A stretch of DNA of 64,000 bases from an uncultured delta proteobacterium (GTDB lineage: Bacteria > Desulfobacterota > Desulfobacteria > Desulfobacterales > JAFDCJ01): assembly GCA_963769935.1 (NCBI GenBank), contig CAVYNY010000010.1, forward strand, positions 192,001 through 256,000, given 5' to 3'. The notes under the pieces were generated by a model, which ran no database searches, was not told the origin of the DNA, and saw nothing but the letters and a program-made list of their open reading frames with translations. The translations under genes and the position numbers were made by a program. Shown piece after piece: positions 59,057-64,000 of this stretch (positions are counted from its first letter, which is position 1; every line of letters begins with the position of its first letter).

Positions 59057-59341
59057 CTATGCTGTTCCGTGCTTTTTCCTGTACTCTGCCAGCCCCTCAA
59101 TGGGGACCTCGATGGTGATGGCCGCATTGCCCCTGAACCAACATTCGTATTCACAGGCAAGGCATTCGGTGCCTTTGCGCGCCAGTTCCTCGGCGGAACC
59201 TTCAACCGCCGGCTTGCCGTCTTTCAAAATCAGGATGCCGCGACTATATGTCTTGCAGGCCTCAACGCAGACATGGGTTTTGCAGCCTTTGCATTTTTCT
59301 TCATCAATGATGACTTTGATCGTTCTCTCGTTAAATTCCAT
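59057..59341 (-). CDS. 4Fe-4S ferredoxin-like protein
   Basis: CKGCKTHVCVEAC and TECLACEYEC. RBS GAGGAG. Confidence 0.85.
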   Translation of the reverse strand: MEFNERTIKVIIDEEKCKGCKTHVCVEACKTYSRGILILKDGKPAVEGSAEELARKGTECLACEYECWFRGNAAITIEVPIEGLAEYRKKHGTA

Positions 59342-59358
59342 AAGACGCTCCTCATGTT

Positions 59359-59486
59359 ATTGAATATTTTCCATTGAATATTGAATATTTATGGCCCGCC
59401 TCCGGCGGACCAATTTTAAAAAAATTAAAAACGACGGAGCGCAGCAACGTCCACAAATATTCAATCTCCAATATTCAATTTTCAAT
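59359..59486. repeat. Imperfect 36-bp inverted repeat built from ATATTCA heptamers, with a small GC hairpin inside
   Basis: Arms 59359-59394 and 59451-59486 match at 28/36 positions. CCGCCTCCGGCGG lies between them. Confidence 0.75.
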
Positions 59487-60732
59487 GTTTTTCCTTCCGG
59501 TATTCATCGACCAGGGCTCGCACCCTGCCGCCGATGAATTTGGCATCGTAAACATGCTCCCGATCATAGATCTCAATCCTGGCATCAAGACCCGCTAAAC
59601 CCTCTTTTAGAATCTGCTGGGATTCGGATTCCTTGTTGCCGCAAAGCAGAAGAACCACCGGAAAACCCGGACGTTTGGGGAGTTCCTCCCGCAAAGCCTT
59701 GACAATGCCATGGGCATGATGCCACTGTTCCTGATTCGCCATCATAAACCCGGCCAAAAAATAGCCTTCAATGCCCGGTATCGACATGATAAGCTTGACG
59801 ACCCGATAAACTTTGGAAGCCGTCGGGTTGCCGCTGGTGTCGGCATAATCGGCGACTTTCAAATTCACCTTGTTGAGGGCATCCATACCGAGCATGGCCG
59901 CGCCGCCGCCGATGCCGTGGTAACCGACATAACCGCCCTTGGCTACCTCCTGCGGTTCGGCCATCTGGGCCACATAACTGGTGCCGCGGAAATCGCTCTC
60001 TTCAAACGACCAGGCGGTGAGATCAAAGTCGGTGGGCTCTTTGAGAAACTCACGGCCGATTTTGATCCCCAGATCGGGGTGTCTGAATAGGGCTTGGTCA
60101 TCGATCGCCATACGGCAATCGGCTGCCAGAACCTTGCCGTCGCGGGTCAGCACGAGGGGGTTGATTTCCAATGTCCGGCAGTCCATCTGCTGGAAGGCTT
60201 TGAAAAGTTTGAAAACGACATCGGCAATCGGCCTGAGCGTCTTACCCTTTACGCCCATTGAAGAGACCAGATTCAAGGTGTCATAGGGCATGAGTCCCTT
60301 GATGACATCCACATTCATGACAGCGATCTTATCCGCCGGCACCGACTCGATGTCCATGCCTCCCTCGGGGCTGAACATCAGCACCGGACCTCTGACCTCC
60401 TGGGCGGAGTTGATAATCACACCGGCATAAAATTCCTGGGCGATATCCAGCTTTTCTTCGACAAGGACCTGTTTGACTTCAAGCCCTTTGACCTGCATCC
60501 CCAGAATCGCTCGGGCGGCCGCTTCGGCCTCATCAGGCGTGTCGGCAAATTTCACCGCTCCGGATTTCCCCCTGCCGCCAGCCCAAACTTGCGCTTTAAC
60601 CACGACGGGCTTGGCCAGCTTTTCTGCCGCCTGCCTGGCCTCCTGGGGGGATTTCACTACCATCCCTTCAGGGATCGGAATACCGGATTTCTTAAAAACT
60701 TCCTTTCCCTGATACTCAAAAAATTTTGCCAT
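59482..60732 (-). CDS. Succinate--CoA ligase beta-like ATP-grasp subunit (divergent)
   Basis: EYQGK, KAQVWAGGRGKSG, EGGMDIE, LEINPL. The C-domain has GIGGGAAM, DTSGNP and MMANQEQ rather than canonical SucC motifs. Confidence 0.88.
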   Translation of the reverse strand: MAKFFEYQGKEVFKKSGIPIPEGMVVKSPQEARQAAEKLAKPVVVKAQVWAGGRGKSGAVKFADTPDEAEAAARAILGMQVKGLEVKQVLVEEKLDIAQEFYAGVIINSAQEVRGPVLMFSPEGGMDIESVPADKIAVMNVDVIKGLMPYDTLNLVSSMGVKGKTLRPIADVVFKLFKAFQQMDCRTLEINPLVLTRDGKVLAADCRMAIDDQALFRHPDLGIKIGREFLKEPTDFDLTAWSFEESDFRGTSYVAQMAEPQEVAKGGYVGYHGIGGGAAMLGMDALNKVNLKVADYADTSGNPTASKVYRVVKLIMSIPGIEGYFLAGFMMANQEQWHHAHGIVKALREELPKRPGFPVVLLLCGNKESESQQILKEGLAGLDARIEIYDREHVYDAKFIGGRVRALVDEYRKEKH

Positions 60733-60780
60733 CTTGCCTCCAAGAACATCGCTTAACGTTTATTTATTTCAATTTGACAT

Positions 60781-60791
60781 TGGTAGGACCA
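60781..60791. promoter_or_regulatory. FadR-subfamily operator TGGT-N3-ACCA
   Basis: TGGTAGGACCA lies about 50 bp upstream of the ligase beta gene and downstream of a minus-strand TTGACA (60821-60826). Confidence 0.7.
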
Positions 60792-61011
60792 TCCATCCAT
60801 AAACCATAAATGCCCTGGGCTGTCAAGCATATTTTTCTTCACCAGCAATGTAAATCGATAAACGACCCCGCGTCGCAATTTTTAAATATACATTCAATTA
60901 CAGATAGTTGTCGGATAGTTTACGTGTCTGATTTTTATAGGTTGACAAACAGCATTGATTCCTGTTACCTCACACAGCAGCAAACAACCAGATATAACTT
61001 GTTGAGGTAAT

Positions 61012-61782
61012 ATGGTCAGACCAACTTTCCAACCCATTAAACAGGAAAAAATCTCGGCGAAAATCGCAGAACAAATAAAATCGCTCATCACAAAGGGTGA
61101 ATTGAAACCCGGTGATGTTCTACCCCCCGAAAGAGAACTCGTCAAGATTTTTAAAGTGAGTCGTGCCTCCCTGCGTGAAGCACTGAAATCACTGACGGGG
61201 ATGGGTTTTCTGGAGATTACCCAGACGCATCGGACCATTGTAAAATCACTGGCCGCCGGCCGGATTACCGAACCTCTGGACTATCTTATCAGGGAGGACA
61301 TTCACACCGTCCTTGAGCTGATCGAAGTCCGAAAGGCAATCGAGATATGGAATGCATATTATGCAGCAGAAAGGGCTAAGGATGAGGATGTTGCCCGACT
61401 CGAAAACAGCGTGGCATCAATGCGGAAAAAAATTGAACAGCACAGCAGTGCGGTGGAAGAAGACGCCAATTTTCATATCGCCGTCTCCCAGGCCGCGCAC
61501 AACAAAATACAGACCCATTTGATGTTCTCCATATATGACCTACTTAAAGAATCCATCGCCAACTACTTCGATAACTTTAAACTGAATTATATACTTGATC
61601 AGCACTCGCGGGTGGTTGAAGCCATTAGAAAAAAAGATCCGGTGCTGGCCAGCAGAAGAATGCGGGAACACCTAGACTACGTCGAGTCTGTGGTAAAGGA
61701 ACATGCCGCTTCCCAAATTACTGAGTCCGACTGGCAAAGTTCAGCCAATGCGATAGTCGGACGAAGCTACGGCAGCAACTAA
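61012..61782 (+). CDS. FadR/GntR-family regulator (PdhR/LldR/GlcC-like)
   Basis: LKPGDVLPPERELVKIFKVSRASLREAL and an FCD domain with DANFH and HL. Confidence 0.93.
   Translation: MVRPTFQPIKQEKISAKIAEQIKSLITKGELKPGDVLPPERELVKIFKVSRASLREALKSLTGMGFLEITQTHRTIVKSLAAGRITEPLDYLIREDIHTVLELIEVRKAIEIWNAYYAAERAKDEDVARLENSVASMRKKIEQHSSAVEEDANFHIAVSQAAHNKIQTHLMFSIYDLLKESIANYFDNFKLNYILDQHSRVVEAIRKKDPVLASRRMREHLDYVESVVKEHAASQITESDWQSSANAIVGRSYGSN
61013..61023. promoter_or_regulatory. Second TGGT-N3-ACCA operator overlapping the regulator start codon
   Basis: TGGTCAGACCA. Confidence 0.65.
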
Positions 61783-61876
61783 CCCCCATAGCGAAGTCCG
61801 GGCTGTCGATTATCGCGTTGACTTAATGTTGGGATAGTAAAGAAGCCGTCCCCGAAAGCCGGGCTTTCAATACTAA

Positions 61877-61915
61877 ACTAAAAAGGGGTTGCCGCCGGGC
61901 AAGCCCCTTTTTAGT
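61877..61915. terminator. Bidirectional intrinsic terminator
   Basis: ACTAAAAAGGGG TTGCC gccg GGCAA G CCCCTTTTTAGT between convergent genes. Confidence 0.85.
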
Positions 61916-62042
61916 CTTATTGGTTCGTTTTATATGTTTAGCAAAAAAATATATTTTAAAGATGAGGCTGCTGTGAGCCCCTTTGCAGCGGGCCTAAAAT
62001 TACAAAATTTTTAAAAGGCCTAAAGCACCGCATACGACTTGT

Positions 62043-62162
62043 TCAATCGTTTGGAAACGTGTTTTCGAATCCTTTAATAAGCCCATAGATGATGAAACCA
62101 ATCACCCCGCCCACAAGCGCAAGACAAATTAGAGTAATAATATTTGGCCAGAGTACAAACAT
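62043..62162 (-). CDS. 39-aa single-pass membrane microprotein (not in the ORF track)
   Basis: MFVLWPNIITLICLALVGGVIGFIIYGLIKGFENTFPND with a strong GAGGGAGG RBS. Confidence 0.7.
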   Translation of the reverse strand: MFVLWPNIITLICLALVGGVIGFIIYGLIKGFENTFPND

Positions 62163-62275
62163 ATGATTCCTCCCTCATACAATTATGCAAGGTTGTATTC
62201 CCGATAGTACTTTAAATTAAATTACAGCACTGCACCGAATTCGTCAACTTAAAATTTGTTGCTGCCGGCAGATGC

Positions 62276-62734
62276 TCACACCCCTTTGAACTTCATTTCC
62301 CGGTTGGTTAACCGCATCTTCTTCAGTACCTGCTGGAGTTGATCGTCAGTGATACGGCAAAACAGGTAGGCTTTTTCACGCTCCAGGCGAAACCGGATAA
62401 AACTGTACGGCATAAAGGCCAACCGCGGACCTTCCACCAGAGAAACCGCGTCGGCCTTGAAGCTGAGCACCCGCCTGAAACTGGTGAATTCAATCGTTCC
62501 CTTCTCATTAATGGAGACCCTGTATGAAATTCCCAGTGAAAAAAACCAGGTATACCCCAGCACAAATGCGATCATGAGCAGCTGAAACAACGGCCATCCG
62601 GCGCGGAGCGTTTTTGATCCGATCATCACAACGCAAACGACGGTCCATACCAGCAAAAGCATATAAAAAAGCCCCACAAAGATGATTGGGGCCTGATAAA
62701 GGTAGTCTTTTTTAGGCAACTTTTCTTTTTTCAT
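62276..62734 (-). CDS. Hypothetical membrane protein (two TM segments plus a small soluble domain)
   Basis: Two hydrophobic segments followed by a beta-rich tail. Confidence 0.75.
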   Translation of the reverse strand: MKKEKLPKKDYLYQAPIIFVGLFYMLLLVWTVVCVVMIGSKTLRAGWPLFQLLMIAFVLGYTWFFSLGISYRVSINEKGTIEFTSFRRVLSFKADAVSLVEGPRLAFMPYSFIRFRLEREKAYLFCRITDDQLQQVLKKMRLTNREMKFKGV

Positions 62735-62758
62735 GATTCCATCGCTTCGGCGCTCAAA

Positions 62759-62787
62759 CAGGCGTCCCGCCATCAGCGGGACGCCTG
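62759..62787. terminator. Perfect 12-bp stem hairpin after the TRAP permease
   Basis: CAGGCGTCCCGC catca GCGGGACGCCTG. Confidence 0.6.
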
Positions 62788-62820
62788 CCGTATATTAATC
62801 ATCGGACGCAATGCAATCAT

Positions 62821-64000
62821 CTAGTACAGGAGGCTGGGCAGCCACAGTATGATTTCCGGGAAGAACATGACCAGAACCACCCCAAAAATCTGCAGGCACA
62901 TGAAAGGGGCCGCAGACTTCCAGATATCCGTCGTTGAGATCTCGGGCGGTGCCACCCCCTTTAAATAGAAAAGCGCATAACCGAAAGGCGGCGAAAGAAA
63001 GGAAATCTGCAAATTGGTGGCAAAGAGCACGCCGAACCAAACCGGATCAAAACCCAGGTGCCGCACAATGGGACCGAAAATGGGGACACACAGCATGATG
63101 ATGCCGACCCAGTCAATGAAACATCCCAGGAACATCAGAATAAACTGCATGACAATGATGATGCCCCATCTTCCCAAACCGGAGCCTAGCAGCATCTGGG
63201 TCACAAATTCGCCGCCGCCCACCATGACGTATAAACCCACAAATATATTGGCGCCAAAAATGGTCCACATAACCATGGCCGAAGATTTAAGCGTATTTTC
63301 AGCGGCCTGCACGACGCCTTTCCATTTCAGCTTGCCCTGTATGGCGGTCATTATGATAGCACCGGCGGCTCCCACGCCGGCCGCCTCGGTGGGCGCCGCG
63401 ATACCGGTAAATATGGTGCCCAGCACCAGAAATATGAGAATGGCAGGCGCGACGATCCGCGCCAGGAGTTTCAGTCTGGCCTTAAGGGGCAGGCGATCTT
63501 CCGGCGGAACCGGCGGCCCCAGGGTGGGATTAATATAACATCGGATCGTAACATAAGCTATGAACAACGACGACAGCATTATCCCGGGCATAATGGCCCC
63601 GGCATAAAGCTGGCCGATGGAGCTGTTATCCACCAGGCCGTAGACGATCAGCATGACGCTGGGAGGAATCAGGATTCCCAGCGTGCCGCCGGCCAAGATG
63701 GAGCCGCAGGCAATATATTTGTCATATTGTCGCCTGAGCATTTGCGGCAGTGCGATAACGCCCATGGTAACTTCGCTGGCGCCGATGACGCCCACCATGG
63801 CCGCCAGCATCGTACAGGCCATTACCGTCGCTGTTGCCACGCCGCCTTTAATGGCCCCCATCCACTGGTATACCAGTTCATAGAGCTCCTCGATAATACC
63901 CGATCTTTCCAGAATGCAGGCCATGAAGATAAACAGGGGGATGGCTGCCAGCAGATAATTCATCATAAGCCCGAAAATTCTGGTGGAAACCAGGTTTACA
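62821..64000 (-). CDS. dctM: TRAP transporter large permease (5' end outside the window)
   Basis: LAAIPLFIFM, GTLGILIPPS, APTEAAGVGA, FLSPPFG. Confidence 0.92.
   Translation of the reverse strand, partial: VNLVSTRIFGLMMNYLLAAIPLFIFMACILERSGIIEELYELVYQWMGAIKGGVATATVMACTMLAAMVGVIGASEVTMGVIALPQMLRRQYDKYIACGSILAGGTLGILIPPSVMLIVYGLVDNSSIGQLYAGAIMPGIMLSSLFIAYVTIRCYINPTLGPPVPPEDRLPLKARLKLLARIVAPAILIFLVLGTIFTGIAAPTEAAGVGAAGAIIMTAIQGKLKWKGVVQAAENTLKSSAMVMWTIFGANIFVGLYVMVGGGEFVTQMLLGSGLGRWGIIIVMQFILMFLGCFIDWVGIIMLCVPIFGPIVRHLGFDPVWFGVLFATNLQISFLSPPFGYALFYLKGVAPPEISTTDIWKSAAPFMCLQIFGVVLVMFFPEIILWLPSLLY

Noticed and set aside
21983..59486. Short repeat tracts as CRISPR arrays
   Set aside because: Units are 7-9 bp in tandem with no unique spacers, and no cas genes are present.
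58148..60732. Naming these genes sucD/sucC
   Set aside because: The fold is clear, but key motifs and context diverge and the substrate is unresolved.

Overview
Bacterial chromosomal window, probably from an anaerobic Desulfobacterota-like organism. That assignment is inferred from gene content and intergenic repeat style and is not proven. Left part (0.2-21.7 kb): ilvD, a GntR regulator and a truncated TAXI-type TRAP receptor, followed by a mosaic beta-1,2-glucan locus. That locus holds a GH144-like glucanase, sugar ABC binding protein and two permeases, a large multidomain glycoside hydrolase, a GH1 beta-glucosidase and an opgG / small ORF / opgH synthesis operon. A SWIM-SNF2 helicase follows, and 126 bp of it is copied almost perfectly 17 kb away between ilvD and gntR. 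Middle part (22-44 kb): mostly ordinary genes (J-domain protein, OmpA, amidohydrolase, PP2C phosphatase, two MFS transporters, ArsA-family ATPase, aminotransferase, CinA, RlmK-like methyltransferase, ettA) and a RAYT transposase remnant. Right part (42.7-64 kb): a long minus-strand run with a divergent FadR-family regulator. The run encodes a divergent acyl-CoA ligase alpha/beta pair with ferredoxin, a CitE-like CoA-ester lyase, a formyltransferase, a Na+-pumping oxaloacetate decarboxylase, a GlcD-GlcE fusion, GlcF and a HOGA-like aldolase. A TRAP permease is cut by the window end. Five genes carry frameshifts, several in homopolymers, which may be read errors. A 155-bp MITE and several short-tandem or REP-like intergenic repeats are present. 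No rRNA, tRNA, CRISPR array, integrase or intact transposase was recognised.
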